Source: Sedimentisphaerales bacterium (GTDB taxonomy: Bacteria > Planctomycetota > Phycisphaerae > Sedimentisphaerales > Anaerobacaceae). Taken from it: a stretch of DNA of 64,000 nt. A program made the position numbers and the translations under genes. The notes below the pieces were generated by a model that worked only from the letters and a program-made list of their open reading frames with translations, made no database searches and had not been told where the DNA came from. The DNA is taken from the NCBI GenBank assembly GCA_963708075.1, contig OY970194.1:1344001-1408000 (forward strand), in the 5' to 3' direction. Positions 9,815 to 20,901 of the stretch are shown in pieces (position 1 is the stretch's first letter; each line of letters starts with the position of its first letter).

Positions 9815-10576
9815 TCAGTCACGCTCGCGCGAGAATTGCCGCCGGCTGAGCAGGGCGATTCCGACGGCGCTGTAGGCCAGCGTCAACATCAGGCTGTGCA
9901 CCACGCAGGCGACACTCTTCGGGACGCTGTACTTCCCGACCGCAAGACTGTATTTCCCGTATTCTCCGTGCGCGAATGTGAACAGCAGATCGAAAGGCGG
10001 CCAGAAATACCTGACGAAGCCCATGAACACACCCTTGTTGGCTTGGGGACCCATGAAGCCCATCAGCATGGTCACGACGAAGTAGCCGGTGACGATAACG
10101 ACCAGCAAGAGCAGGCAGTTGTACATCCGCCCGACCACGACCGATACGGATGTCGATAGCGCCGCACAGGTGTTGAACAGGAGCCAGGAGGCGACCAGCC
10201 ACAGACCAAGACCGTCCACGGTCCCTCTTCTCATGATCGCGTGGAGAACAATTGCGATGCCGCCGGCCAGGGCCAGATGTGTGGCGCCCTGCAGCGACAA
10301 TCCGAGCAGGCGGTAAATGTAGAGCTCGCCGCGCCAGAACGGCCGGGTAACCACGACGCAGATCCGGCCGGAGGCGATGTCGTCGCCGAAGATGCCGGCG
10401 CTCAGGGCCAGAGGCAACAGAAAGCCGCCCCAGATGAACACGAACTTGCCGTACTCCGGCGACTCCGGAAGGAACAGCCACCAGAAGACACCATAGATCG
10501 CCAGCCATGCGATGTGCACGATCCAGATATAGCCTCTTCGGTAGAATGTCTCCTTAATCAGCTCGTAGGCTCTCAT
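9815..10576 (-). CDS. ABC-2 type transporter permease
   Basis: Six TM segments, 'DIASGRICVVVTRP', follows an ABC ATPase. Confidence 0.8.
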   Translation of the reverse strand: MRAYELIKETFYRRGYIWIVHIAWLAIYGVFWWLFLPESPEYGKFVFIWGGFLLPLALSAGIFGDDIASGRICVVVTRPFWRGELYIYRLLGLSLQGATHLALAGGIAIVLHAIMRRGTVDGLGLWLVASWLLFNTCAALSTSVSVVVGRMYNCLLLLVVIVTGYFVVTMLMGFMGPQANKGVFMGFVRYFWPPFDLLFTFAHGEYGKYSLAVGKYSVPKSVACVVHSLMLTLAYSAVGIALLSRRQFSRERD

Positions 10577-10579
10577 CGG

Positions 10580-11554
10580 CTACGTCCTCTCATTGCACAG
10601 TCGCAGGAATACTTCCTCGATGTCTTCGCTTTGCAGCAGCACGCCGGTGATCCGTGCCCCGCCCCTGGCCAGATCGCAGACGATATCGGGGACCTCCTGG
10701 GGATCACTGAGGCCGATGACCAGTTCCGTGTCGGACGTGCTGAGCACCTTGGAGGCCGGCAGCAATCTCTCCGCGACCTGAGTACCACCGGAGACGAGCT
10801 CCACGCGCAACCTTCCGGCCTGGCTTGAGGCGATCTTGTCTGCGAAACTGATCACCTGTCCGCGGTGCATGAAAAGGTAGTCGCCGGTTAGTTTCTCCAA
10901 CTCGCCCAGACGATGTGAACTGATAATGACAGTGGTGCCGGAATCGCGCAATTGCTTGAGCAGATCGCGCAAGTGGATGATGCCAATCGGGTCAAGGCCG
11001 TTGCTCGGCTCATCCAGAAGGAGCACCTGCGGGTGATTCATGACCGCGACGGCCAGGGCGAGGCGTTGCTTCATACCCTGGGAGAAGTCCGAGCAGGGCC
11101 GGTGGGCGAACTCCTGCATCTGCAGTTGCTCGACGGACTTATCCACCTGTGCGGAGATGTCGCCGCGAGACAATCCCAGCAGCGCCGCGTGGTAGCGAAG
11201 GGTGGCCTTGGCCGAATAGCCTCCGATGAATACGGAGTGTTCCGGCATGTACCCCAGGCCGCGATGTGCCTGTACTGAGCGGGCCGGATGCCCACAGACG
11301 GCGACATCACCCTCAGTAGGCAGGATGAGCCCCGCGATCAGGTTCAGCAGGGTGGATTTGCCCGCCCCATTTGGGCCGATCAGGCCGACAATCTGGCCTC
11401 TGTGCACCGACAGCGAGACATCTTTCAAAGCACAAACCTTCTTGGTGCTGTGAGGCAACAGCTTCTCATAGACCTTGGTTAAGCGTCGGCACTCGACGAC
11501 CGCTGAGGACTTGTCCCCGCGGCGGTCGGTCTCCCTGTCTGTTTGTGCGAGCAA
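10580..11554 (-). CDS. ABC transporter ATP-binding protein
   Basis: Walker A GPNGAGKS, signature FSQGMKQR, Walker B LLLDEP, H-loop SSH. Confidence 0.95.
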   Translation of the reverse strand: MLAQTDRETDRRGDKSSAVVECRRLTKVYEKLLPHSTKKVCALKDVSLSVHRGQIVGLIGPNGAGKSTLLNLIAGLILPTEGDVAVCGHPARSVQAHRGLGYMPEHSVFIGGYSAKATLRYHAALLGLSRGDISAQVDKSVEQLQMQEFAHRPCSDFSQGMKQRLALAVAVMNHPQVLLLDEPSNGLDPIGIIHLRDLLKQLRDSGTTVIISSHRLGELEKLTGDYLFMHRGQVISFADKIASSQAGRLRVELVSGGTQVAERLLPASKVLSTSDTELVIGLSDPQEVPDIVCDLARGGARITGVLLQSEDIEEVFLRLCNERT

Positions 11555-11582
11555 TGTCCATCTCCTTCAACGATCCCTGCGA

Positions 11583-12960
11583 TCATTGGCCGTTGGGCTC
11601 CGGGAATTGCCAAACGATGTCACGGTCTCCCCCCCGTTTGAGCGGTTCGGCAATACCGCCGTTGTCATTCCGGTCGTCGCCGACGCTATACACGAGGAAG
11701 CCCTCGCCCTGGGGGCGGTAGTGCAACGGTTGCCGTATGAACGGATCCGTCAGATCATTCAGACCAAGGGCATCGAGCGACGGGGGCCATGCGCCGTGCG
11801 TCTGCTTGTACTGCATCAGGGCCAGCCCGGCCCGCGTCAGGCGCACGGACGCCGTCATTCTGTAGTAGGCCCACTGTATGCCCCAGATGAATGGGACCAT
11901 CCGGTCGGTCACGAAATTATGCCCCGTGAGGGTTCTCAATCTCCCTGTATTCCTGTGACTCTCTGGGAACATAGGCGCTTTGAAGAAGCTGCGTGGACTT
12001 ACTCATGATCTGCAGGTACGCTGCATGATCGGCGTTGAACCTCGGCTTGAAGGTCAGGAATCGGAAGGTCAAGCGGTAGCCAAGTCCCGGGTTGACGTCT
12101 TCGCCGGTCCACGGATTCTTCCGCAGCGCCTCGAACAGCTCATCATCCGGCAGGCAAAATAGCCATTCGCCGAGCAGCAGCCGTTCTCTGTCCATGGCGC
12201 GGACAACGGGCTCGACATCGTCCAGACCCGCCAGAAGACCTTCGATTTCCCTGTAGTTCTCGCTACTGGGCGGCGCGGTGTTGCACAGTGTCTGAATGGT
12301 CCCGCATGAGTAGTTGATCATGCCGGTCCGGGAAAACTGGCTGCCGACGCTCGGCTCGTTGCGCGGCCCGTTTGCAAATCGCAGCAGGGTCGGGATCATA
12401 CCCCAGGCCTTCTCGGATCGACCGGCTTCAGCCTCCAGATGCACCCTCGTGCCCACGACCCGGATGAGGTCTCGCAGGTCCTCCATGGCGGGCGATTCCA
12501 GGGACAGGCCGCGCGGGGCGTCGCGATCGAAAAACTGACATGCGGGCCGGCGCGTTCCCTCCTCGACGACCGAAATTGCCTGAGTCACCACCTCCCGCCC
12601 CATCAGCTGCTTCAACTCCTCGACTTCCTGCTTCTTCCTTGCGAGCTTATCCGGGTCGTCGGTCTTCCTGAAGGGTGCGCCGGCGAGTGTCCCAAGGTGC
12701 TTGAGCAGGTTCTTGTCCTGATCGGGTTGTGCCTTCAGCATCGCCGCGGCTTTCCTGTAAAGCACCGCAGCGTTCTGGTCGTCAGGAACCTTCTCTGGAG
12801 TCACATCGGCCACACGCATGGGCCGGCCGTCCTTCTCCAGGGCGGCGTACGCCTCGCGGAGCCTGGCCGTGGAGCGTGTCAGCGATACGGCGTACATCGT
12901 GCCCAGCGCGGCAACGATGATGCCGATGCCCACCAGAATCCGTCTTGACCTCTTGCGCAT
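11583..12960 (-). CDS. Membrane-anchored planctomycete hypothetical protein with GspG-like C-terminus; frameshift near 11930
   Basis: N-terminal TM; C-terminal 'DPFIRQPLHYR..FLVYSVGDDRNDNGG'; two overlapping ORFs join at a C run. Confidence 0.7.
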
Positions 12961-13123
12961 CCGTCTCTCCCCTTGCAGTCCGTGTCTTTCTCAGACGCCT
13001 GTCCCGACCGCCATTCTCGGGTGCAAGACTGTCCGTATCTTAGAGACGGTCCAGAGGCAGAAGCGTTAAACGCAGATCATGGATTTTGCTGCAAATTGTT
13101 GGGCCAAAGGCGTCGAGAGGGGC

Positions 13124-15814
13124 CTATTGCCAGGACCGGAGGCGTTCGGCTTGTCTCTGGAAGCTTTTCGCCATGGAGTGGGCGCGGGCCTCCAGCAGGA
13201 AGCTGCGGCCCTCAGGCGTTCGCGTGTAGACCAGTTGCGTCGGTCCGACGTACCTGGCCCACATCCTCCTGAAATGCTCGGCAAGCTCCTTGTTCCTGGC
13301 GAGAGGGGCAGGGACTGCGTGATAGTCTTTCCTCATGAGCCATCCGAGCGGCGACTTTCGGACGAGGACGTACCTGGGATTCTCGATGGGGCCGAGGACC
13401 TCCTGGAGGGCTTCGAGGAAGATGGACCGCTCCCGCGTCGTTGCACCCTTGAGCGAGCAGCTCACCAGGCCATATTCCTGCTGCCGGGCGACCACCTTCA
13501 ACTGCCAGGAATTGGTCTCGATGACTTCCGCCTGGGCCAGCGATTTTACCAAGGCTTTGCCAATCTGTTTCATGCTCGACGCGACAGAGCCATGCCAGAG
13601 GAAGAGCCAGAGGGCTTTGAGGCACTTGGGCACCGCGGCCAGTGCAGCAACCGCGGAGATGATGGCCAGCATCAGCAGCGAGCCTTTCAGGGTCATGCTC
13701 TGTGAATTACGCCCGGCAGATTGCATCAGGAGAGCGAACACGGACACGCCCCAGAACCACGCCTGCCAGAGGACCGCCAAAATCGTGTTGCGGAAGACAA
13801 AATCGCGAGGCAACGCCAGTTGCGAAGCGGCGACCTGCTCGACCATGCCGCGAGTTTCGTCGGACCCGAGGGCCTGCTCCCAGTCGGTGATGAGTCTCGC
13901 CCGATCACGGGCTCTTTGCATCATCACGCCGTTGATGTGGTCCATTCGCGTCTTGCCGTAGGGCGGCCGGCCCAGGCCGAGGCGTTCCAGCCCGCTCTCG
14001 ATCCGGCTGCCCGTGAAGGACACGCCGGCAAACGATTTGAACCGCCTCGCCAGCGTCTCCATATCCTCGTTGAATTCCTTGGCGTCTTCCTCCTGGCATA
14101 CGAGGTGCCAGATATTCGCCGTCTTCGTCGGATTGCCCTCCTGCGTGCGGATGGCCCGGCCGCGCATCTGGTTGGACAGCATGTATGAGCCGACGAAGCT
14201 GGCCAGGATCAGCGAGTTCACCGAAGGCGCGTCCCAGCCCTCGCCCAGCAGGGACGTGGTACCGACGAGCACGGTGATGCCGCCCCGATTGAACAGACTG
14301 GTAATCAGGCTGACCATCCTGTGCTTGTCCGCTCCGGGGATCGTCACCTCACAGAACTGCGGATCGTGGGGCAGAGGCTTGAATCGGATATCGGCAGGGT
14401 TCAGTCCAAACTCCGGGGCACAGGCATGCAGGGCCTCGCAGGACCGGCTGGGGATGACCGTCAGTGTCCCGCTGAGGATGCCGAGGCGCACATTGGTCTG
14501 GCTGCGGCGAATCTGCTCGAAGATGGGCACGACGCCGAGATGCTTGACCGGCTTGAGATCCGCCTCGTCCGCCGGAAAGTCCGCCCGCCGGATGAAATCC
14601 GTGAGGACCACCATTCGCAGGTCTTGCCCCAGGCTTTCACTTTCCAACGCCACAATATCTTCGACGCTCTTGAGCTTGGAGGCGCTTCGGATCAGGAGTC
14701 TGGCGATTCTCGTGGTGCTGCGCAGGCTGATGTCACGCCGTTCCACCGCCCCAATGCGCTTGGCGTCGCGAAGGATGCGATGGAGCATGTCCTTGTGACC
14801 CTCGAACAACTTGGCATGTGTGTAGAGGCAACCCGCCAGCAGGATTTCCAGTTGCTCCCAATCCAGCCCGGGGCATTTCCTTGGCGAAAGGCCAATGACC
14901 CGCAGCAGCTTTCGCGGGGGATGGCCCCGGACATGGCCGAGGAATGAGGCGATGCTCGAAAAGAAAGGCGGGTCATCGAGGATCTGCTCGGCACAGGACC
15001 ATGAGTCGCTCGCGCACGGGTGGCTCTCCAGAACATTGAGGAACTCCTGATCCGCGTACAGCCGTTGCACGAAGTCGTTCACGTCATTGCGAAACTCGCG
15101 AATCTCCTGCTGCTCGGCCCGCAGAGGGGCGGACATGTAGACGTAATCCTGGTGTGGGCAGAGGTTCTTCTGCTGGACCAGCTCAGGTACAGAGATTTCC
15201 GCATCGATCGTTCCGCACAGTCCGATGTATCGCTCCCACTCAAACGGCGAGACGTCGAAGGGGGCGGTGGCCGTCAGCGCAACGACTGCGGGTTTATCGA
15301 GATGCTCCTTGAGATCGGCGAGGCACTTCCACCACTCATTTCGCAGATGATGGGCCTCATCAAGCACAAGCGTGTGCACTCCCAGTTGCTTGAGCCGTTC
15401 CAGCAGTGCATCTTTCCCAACGACCCGCGAGCCGGTCTGCGCATTTTTCGCATCGTCAGTGTAGACGCTATGAAGTCCCTGGTAGGTCGAAGCAGTAATG
15501 AAGCGGGGATTCCGGATGTCTTTGGAGATCCAGTTCGGCGTGCGGTGCTCGTGGTTCATGAACAGATGGACGAAGCGATCCACCCATTGATCCTGAATGG
15601 CCACGGTAGGGGAGAGGATCAGTGCCGGGCGATTCAGTCGCCGCATCACCTCCAGGCCCAGGACAGTCTTGCCCGAGCCCGGAGCGGCGACGATGTGCAG
15701 GTGGCGGTCGTCCAGGTGCTGCTTGAGTTCATCGAGTACCCGCTGCTGGTAGCTGCGCCAGGGCTTTCGAAATTCCACGCCCGCGGGAAATGCGTTTATC
15801 TTCTGCTCAACCAT
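13124..15814 (-). CDS. SF2 DEAD/DEAH-box helicase (ResIII-like) with C-terminal hydrophobic segments
   Basis: AAPGSGKT, DEAHH, LTAT, LLGEGWDAP, QMRGRAIR. Confidence 0.9.
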   Translation of the reverse strand: MVEQKINAFPAGVEFRKPWRSYQQRVLDELKQHLDDRHLHIVAAPGSGKTVLGLEVMRRLNRPALILSPTVAIQDQWVDRFVHLFMNHEHRTPNWISKDIRNPRFITASTYQGLHSVYTDDAKNAQTGSRVVGKDALLERLKQLGVHTLVLDEAHHLRNEWWKCLADLKEHLDKPAVVALTATAPFDVSPFEWERYIGLCGTIDAEISVPELVQQKNLCPHQDYVYMSAPLRAEQQEIREFRNDVNDFVQRLYADQEFLNVLESHPCASDSWSCAEQILDDPPFFSSIASFLGHVRGHPPRKLLRVIGLSPRKCPGLDWEQLEILLAGCLYTHAKLFEGHKDMLHRILRDAKRIGAVERRDISLRSTTRIARLLIRSASKLKSVEDIVALESESLGQDLRMVVLTDFIRRADFPADEADLKPVKHLGVVPIFEQIRRSQTNVRLGILSGTLTVIPSRSCEALHACAPEFGLNPADIRFKPLPHDPQFCEVTIPGADKHRMVSLITSLFNRGGITVLVGTTSLLGEGWDAPSVNSLILASFVGSYMLSNQMRGRAIRTQEGNPTKTANIWHLVCQEEDAKEFNEDMETLARRFKSFAGVSFTGSRIESGLERLGLGRPPYGKTRMDHINGVMMQRARDRARLITDWEQALGSDETRGMVEQVAASQLALPRDFVFRNTILAVLWQAWFWGVSVFALLMQSAGRNSQSMTLKGSLLMLAIISAVAALAAVPKCLKALWLFLWHGSVASSMKQIGKALVKSLAQAEVIETNSWQLKVVARQQEYGLVSCSLKGATTRERSIFLEALQEVLGPIENPRYVLVRKSPLGWLMRKDYHAVPAPLARNKELAEHFRRMWARYVGPTQLVYTRTPEGRSFLLEARAHSMAKSFQRQAERLRSWQ

Positions 15815-16169
15815 GGGTGAACCGCCAGTAGCCATAGATCACCGCGGCCTGCAGCAGGACGATGACCATGAAGACAATCCTGAAGCCGCGCTTTCGAGTC
15901 TTGTGTCGAAACAGCCCCTGGGCGATTGCCGCTCCGGGGCTGCCCCCAAGCAAGGCCGCCACGTGCAGCGCCGCCTCCGGGATGCGAGTCCCGCCGGCGA
16001 CCGCCTGACGCTTATCGTACCCATAGAGGGCCAGCGTGACCACGTTCATGCTGATCAGGCCCGCATACACCGGCGCCACGCCCAGCCGCCACAAGAGTAG
16101 CGCCAGGCCAACCGCCATACACAACACGAAACCGAGAGTATATTGTATGAGTCTACGCCTTTGCATCAC
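15807..16169 (-). CDS. DUF1294 family membrane protein
   Basis: 'LYGYDKRQA...RIPEAALH..LLGGSPGA..FRHKTRK'. Confidence 0.9.
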   Translation of the reverse strand: MMQRRRLIQYTLGFVLCMAVGLALLLWRLGVAPVYAGLISMNVVTLALYGYDKRQAVAGGTRIPEAALHVAALLGGSPGAAIAQGLFRHKTRKRGFRIVFMVIVLLQAAVIYGYWRFTHG

Positions 16170-16269
16170 AATCTGCTCGGGAACAATTCATATCCATGCG
16201 AACCTCCATCTATATCGGCTCCTTGCACGGTGTTCTTCGCTGATTACAGAGAGTGTACAGCTCGGCGCC

Positions 16270-16770
16270 CTATCTGTCGGGCTCATCTGCGGTGATGGTG
16301 AACGATATGGGGAACTCCAGCGTGCCGCTCCAAATGGCTTTGATCGCCGGGTCCCTGTAAGCAAGATCGGGGTCCGGCACGAGAACGAGCGTGGCTCTAT
16401 ACCGGCCGGGCGCCTCCACGACGAAATTCGAAGGGTCCACCATGAAGTTGCCGGAACTGCCGGTCCTCGCGGAGAATCCGGGCGGCCATATGCCATGCAC
16501 CGGCGTCTCTCGCCCGTCAGGCAATCGCAGTGTGACCCTGAACGCGGCGGCCAGAGGGATATTCTTGTAGAGAATTTCCGCCGAGCCTCTCATCCATCGC
16601 CTGCCGGCGGGCGTCGAAAACTCGCCTATAGTCCAAATGTGCCTTGCAGAGAACGCAGCGTGCATGCCTTGGTCGATCTCCGGGGACGATATCAATTCGA
16701 CCCTCTCGGCAGCATCGTCTCCCGCGGTGGTGAAGATGATCCAACGCAATATCCGATGTACACGTCCCAT
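16270..16770 (-). CDS. Hypothetical protein, possibly a C-terminal gene fragment
   Basis: Ig-like end 'APGRYRATLVLVPDP'; weak start context. Confidence 0.45.
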   Translation of the reverse strand: MGRVHRILRWIIFTTAGDDAAERVELISSPEIDQGMHAAFSARHIWTIGEFSTPAGRRWMRGSAEILYKNIPLAAAFRVTLRLPDGRETPVHGIWPPGFSARTGSSGNFMVDPSNFVVEAPGRYRATLVLVPDPDLAYRDPAIKAIWSGTLEFPISFTITADEPDR

Positions 16771-16793
16771 CGGGCATCAGGGTCCTGAAAGTC

Positions 16794-17738
16794 CTACAAC
16801 GGCTCATAGAATCGCTCGGGGCGGTCGCCGAGGGTGTTGGTCAGTGTGCCGAGGCCCTCAATACTACATTCGATTCGGTCGCCGGCGTTGAGAAAGTTGC
16901 CTGTGGCGACGCCCACGCCGGCCGGTGTCCCGGTGCAGATAACGTCGCCGGGCTCGAGCGTCGTGATATGGCTTATGAATGACACGATGTCGGCTATGGG
17001 ATAGATCATCTGCGACGTGTTCGCGTCCTGGCGGACCTCGTCATTGACCTTGAGGACCATCTTGAGGTTCTGCATGTTGGCGATCTCATCGCTGGTCACG
17101 AGGTAGGGCCCGAGGGGACAGAAGCCATCGGCCCACTTGCCGTTGAGCCAGTCATAGAACTCATCCCACGGCCGCTTCTGGCGGTTCTTCGAGAATGTCA
17201 CACTGCGCGCGGAGACGTCGTTGGCAATCGTATAACCCGCAACGTAGAGCAATGCCCTGTCCGGATCGATGCACTTGGCCTTCCTGCCGATGATGACGGC
17301 AAGCTCAAGCTCATAGTCGATCTGCTCGCTGTACACGGGCCATGGGATGACGTCATCGGGGCCGATGACAACCGTTGACGGCATGAGGAAGGGGCGGGGT
17401 ACAGTCGTTTGTCGGGCGGAGTCCGACAGGCCCAGGTTGAACCCGCGTTTCAGGGCGGCCTCCTTGATGTGCTCGCTGTAGTTGCCCGCGAGGGCGAGGA
17501 CCTTGCCCGGCCGGGGGATTGGCGCCAGAAGCTTCACAGCGTCGGGAGACCTCGTTCGCCAGGGCGAGGCGGCCAGTTGTCGCACCTGGTTCATGCACGC
17601 CGAGCCTCGCTCCAGAATCTCCAGCACGCTGGCCGGCGGGTTGGGCTCCTTCCATGACTCGGGGATATCGACGATCCCGCGGTCCGTCAAGACACCGCAG
17701 GAGATGGTATTCTCGTATGAGTAGCTTAGCAATTTCAC
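16794..17738 (-). CDS. Fumarylacetoacetate hydrolase family protein
   Basis: 'DYELELAVIIG', 'GYTIANDVSAR', 'TLEPGDVICTGTPAGVG'. Confidence 0.95.
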   Translation of the reverse strand: MKLLSYSYENTISCGVLTDRGIVDIPESWKEPNPPASVLEILERGSACMNQVRQLAASPWRTRSPDAVKLLAPIPRPGKVLALAGNYSEHIKEAALKRGFNLGLSDSARQTTVPRPFLMPSTVVIGPDDVIPWPVYSEQIDYELELAVIIGRKAKCIDPDRALLYVAGYTIANDVSARSVTFSKNRQKRPWDEFYDWLNGKWADGFCPLGPYLVTSDEIANMQNLKMVLKVNDEVRQDANTSQMIYPIADIVSFISHITTLEPGDVICTGTPAGVGVATGNFLNAGDRIECSIEGLGTLTNTLGDRPERFYEPL

Positions 17739-18057
17739 GCTCGTATCTCTCCTAAAGACAGCCGTCAGATTCTATGCAGATATTCTACTCCCTTGGAGCG
17801 TGGGCACAAGCCCGGTTTTCATGTGGATCGCTGCGTCTGATAATATCCGGGCCCCCAGATGTGCCCACACAGACAAAGCGGTGTGATACCTGCCTGCGCA
17901 CATCCTTCCAAACGCTCGGTCCGCCCGTATATCCCCTTTACAGGGCAGTGTTTCGCTCAAGGGAAAATCACCGATGGTCCGATTTTATTTATGTGACGGC
18001 GAATCACGCCGGACGCGAAGTGCCGTACAGGGGCTCGAGTTGAAGGGATGCTGAAGG

Positions 18058-18831
18058 ATGACGTTAAAGGGAATTCTGAGCGGGACCGCCAGTTGGTGGC
18101 GCGCCCACAGGTATGAGGATAACGACCATTGCGAGCCGGCGCTCGATGATGACGGCCTGCTGGCGATGGATTTCGAGCCGGATAGCGATCTCGAGGACGT
18201 GGGATCGACAGGACCGAGGAGCCGGCCGGTGGTGGTCAGCCCGATTACCTCCATTGAGCGGCGAGAGCCGGCCGAGAGGCTCCAGGAGGGCCTTGATCAG
18301 CTCGTGAGCCAGCTTGAGCGGATCAACGATCATCTGGGCGAGCAACTGGCGCAGCACGAGGAGCTCATGGGCCGCGTCAGGCAGCTCCCGCAATTGCTGG
18401 AGAGCCTTCCGTCGGCCGTGGAGAACCAGAAGAAACTGACGTCGCAGCTCCTGGAGCACCTGAGGGTCGCGGCGGCCAGGGACCGGCAGTTCGGCGCGAT
18501 CATCGAGCAGATTCCCGTCGCCTCCGCCCGGCAGACGGATGCACTCATGGACATCAATCATCAGCTCGCGGTCGCCACCGATATCGATGTGCAGATGGCG
18601 GAGAGCTTCAACAGGTTCCGCATGACCCTGGATCGGCTCAACCAGAACACCGTGAGCAACACGGAAGGCATTCTGCAAATGAGCAGGACCTTCACCGCCA
18701 GCGACCGGTACCTCAAGTATGTCGTTGCGAGACTCAACAAGCGGTACGCCTGGACGCTGGCCTTGGCGCTGTCCGTCTGTGGAGCCGTAGTCGCCGCGCT
18801 CACTGGCGTGATTTTCTACCTCGCCCGCTGA
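18058..18831 (+). CDS. Coiled-coil protein with C-terminal membrane anchor
   Basis: Heptad-rich body, terminal hydrophobic helix. Confidence 0.7.
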   Translation: MTLKGILSGTASWWRAHRYEDNDHCEPALDDDGLLAMDFEPDSDLEDVGSTGPRSRPVVVSPITSIERREPAERLQEGLDQLVSQLERINDHLGEQLAQHEELMGRVRQLPQLLESLPSAVENQKKLTSQLLEHLRVAAARDRQFGAIIEQIPVASARQTDALMDINHQLAVATDIDVQMAESFNRFRMTLDRLNQNTVSNTEGILQMSRTFTASDRYLKYVVARLNKRYAWTLALALSVCGAVVAALTGVIFYLAR

Positions 18832-18899
18832 CGGGGGACACAAACCTCCGGAATAGATGCTGCGGAGGCGTTGCGCGCATCCGGCAAGTCCGTACGGTC

Positions 18900-19679
18900 T
18901 CACTGCGGTGATCTGCGACGGGGCACGACAATGCGATAGATGACAAAGGCGAGAGCCGCAAGGCCAAGGAAGGCAAGGAGCCACAACATTGTCGGGAGGG
19001 TATCGCCAGGGGTGAACAAGCCGGCGATCATGCGGGCCAGGACGACGTAGGCATTGCCCCAAGCCTCGGAGCGGAAGAACGCCACCGGCGCGTTGGGGGC
19101 GCCGATGAAGGGACGCAGGACCCAGGCCATTTGGATGCCGACGAACGCGTAGAGGAAGAACCACGCCCAGAGCAGTTGCCGATGGCGCGACGTTCGGCGG
19201 ATGAGCGGGCCATAGTACCGGCGGACGACCACCTGTGCCGCGGCGCTGGCGACGCCGAACATCAGGGCATTGAAGAGCACCGCTTGCCGGTAGTTGGCGC
19301 ACGACAGGTACCAGAAGGCCGTGATCGGAGCCAGGCCTGCGAGGACGACCGTGATACACGATTGCGTGGCGACCACGGTGCGCAGGACTTCACGGAAGTC
19401 ATCGCGCAGGCCGGCCACCGTGTTAATGACAAAGAAACTGGGTAGACAAAGCAGAAAGGTGGCCAGCAGCAACAGGGGGACCTTTACGCCGGAGTAGAGC
19501 AACTGATGGAGTCGTTCAGGAGCGAGGCCGCTGTATGTGCCCATAACGGCCCCATAGAACAGGCCGCAGGCGATCAGCAGAATGAACAGCCAGAGGAGAC
19601 GGCCCGACAGCGGGGCGTCGGAGGCGAACACACCACGGCCGCGCAGAAAGTCATCGATGGCTCGAAAGAAAGCTCGCAT
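18900..19679 (-). CDS. Multi-pass membrane protein (G-x-Q-x-x-W-x-LRPF family)
   Basis: 'VKVPLLLL', 'FVGIQMAWVLRPFIG'; TAATG-coupled to its upstream paralogue. Confidence 0.75.
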   Translation of the reverse strand: MRAFFRAIDDFLRGRGVFASDAPLSGRLLWLFILLIACGLFYGAVMGTYSGLAPERLHQLLYSGVKVPLLLLATFLLCLPSFFVINTVAGLRDDFREVLRTVVATQSCITVVLAGLAPITAFWYLSCANYRQAVLFNALMFGVASAAAQVVVRRYYGPLIRRTSRHRQLLWAWFFLYAFVGIQMAWVLRPFIGAPNAPVAFFRSEAWGNAYVVLARMIAGLFTPGDTLPTMLWLLAFLGLAALAFVIYRIVVPRRRSPQ

Positions 19680-20454
19680 TATTGACCAAGCAGTTGAGCG
19701 AGCGTGCGGAGAACGTCGACAAAGAAGTTCGCCTCACGACCGCGGAACAGTTGGAAAGGCAGGTCCGGGCGACCGATGAAGGGGCGAAGAATCCAGCCCA
19801 TCTGCGCCCGACCAACGCATAAATCACCACCCACACCAGGAAGGTCTTGCTCGCGGCAGTCTTCTCCCTCGCCAGGGGTTGAGGCGTGGATTGGACGGTC
19901 ACGGCCCCTGCCGCCTTATCCAGATCGGGCATAGTAGCAGGGGGCGGGGACTGGGCCGCCTCAAGGCTGGAAAGCATGGCCAGCAGGACCTTGAGCCCGA
20001 TGATGCCGGCGACCGTGAAGAAGAACACGTTCAGGAGCTTCATGAAAGGGTAGCTGGTCGTGCTGAGCGTGAAGAACGCGGTGATCGGGCCGAGGGACGC
20101 GAGCACGGCCAGGTTGATGACAATCGGGACGAGGATAAGCCGGAATGTGTCCTTCGGCCCCAGCCGCACGCCCAACAGCGCGCTGAAGACGTAGAGCGAC
20201 GGGAAGGTCACCGCGAGCGTCAGGAAGAACAGGGCCGGCACCTTGACGGCCGACGTCACCAGTTGCGCGAAGGAGGGCGGTGTCCGCGTCGCGACAGCGT
20301 ACAAGCCCATGCACACCCCGTAGATCATCCCCATCGCCACCGATACTACGACGAGCGGTTGGATGTGAATGTGAGCTGTGCCTTCCGCGAGCAGCCGCGG
20401 ATCGGCCTTGCGGCCGCGCAGGGCCTCATCCAATTCTCTCAGCCAATGGATCAT
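19679..20454 (-). CDS. Paralogous multi-pass membrane protein; 1-nt frameshift near 19808
   Basis: 'VKVPALFF'; restoring one G gives 'VGAQMGWILRPFIG' and a stop overlapping the next ATG. Confidence 0.75.
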
Positions 20455-20618
20455 TTCCGCACACTCCTTTTCTTAGAGCCAGGCCAACCGATATCCCTTG
20501 CCACCTGTGTCATAGATCTCAGACACCCGGCGGGCATCATTCCGCTGCAAGTAGTGTAAGAACGGACTGTTTCTCTCGCAAGACAGATCCTCTCGAAATC
20601 TTGGTCAGAGTCCCTATT

Positions 20619-20843
20619 TCAACGGTACGTCCACTTGATCTGAAACTCGACTTCCTCGCTGCCCCCTTCGCGTTCATGTTCGACATTGAATTCGGCACGA
20701 ACGGGCATGTAGATGCGTTCCCCGGCGATCTGGATCTCGAACTTCTTCCCCTTTTCCAGGGCATCCGCCAGTCGCCGCAACTTCGCCACAAACTGCGAGA
20801 CTGCATACCCTTTTTCAATGTCCCGTTTCTGCTTGCGTCCCAT
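20619..20843 (-). CDS. amphi-Trp domain-containing protein
   Basis: 74 aa, 'KLRRLADALE...EVEFQIKW'. Confidence 0.85.
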   Translation of the reverse strand: MGRKQKRDIEKGYAVSQFVAKLRRLADALEKGKKFEIQIAGERIYMPVRAEFNVEHEREGGSEEVEFQIKWTYR

Positions 20844-20901
20844 GTCCTGTCCTCAGAGTCTCACCTGTGTCGCGGTTTCGTTCGAATGCGCATGAGCGCG
20901 C

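Noticed and set aside
18064..19359. 431-aa minus-strand ORF
   Set aside because: Overlaps two better-supported genes; Arg/Pro-rich off-frame composition
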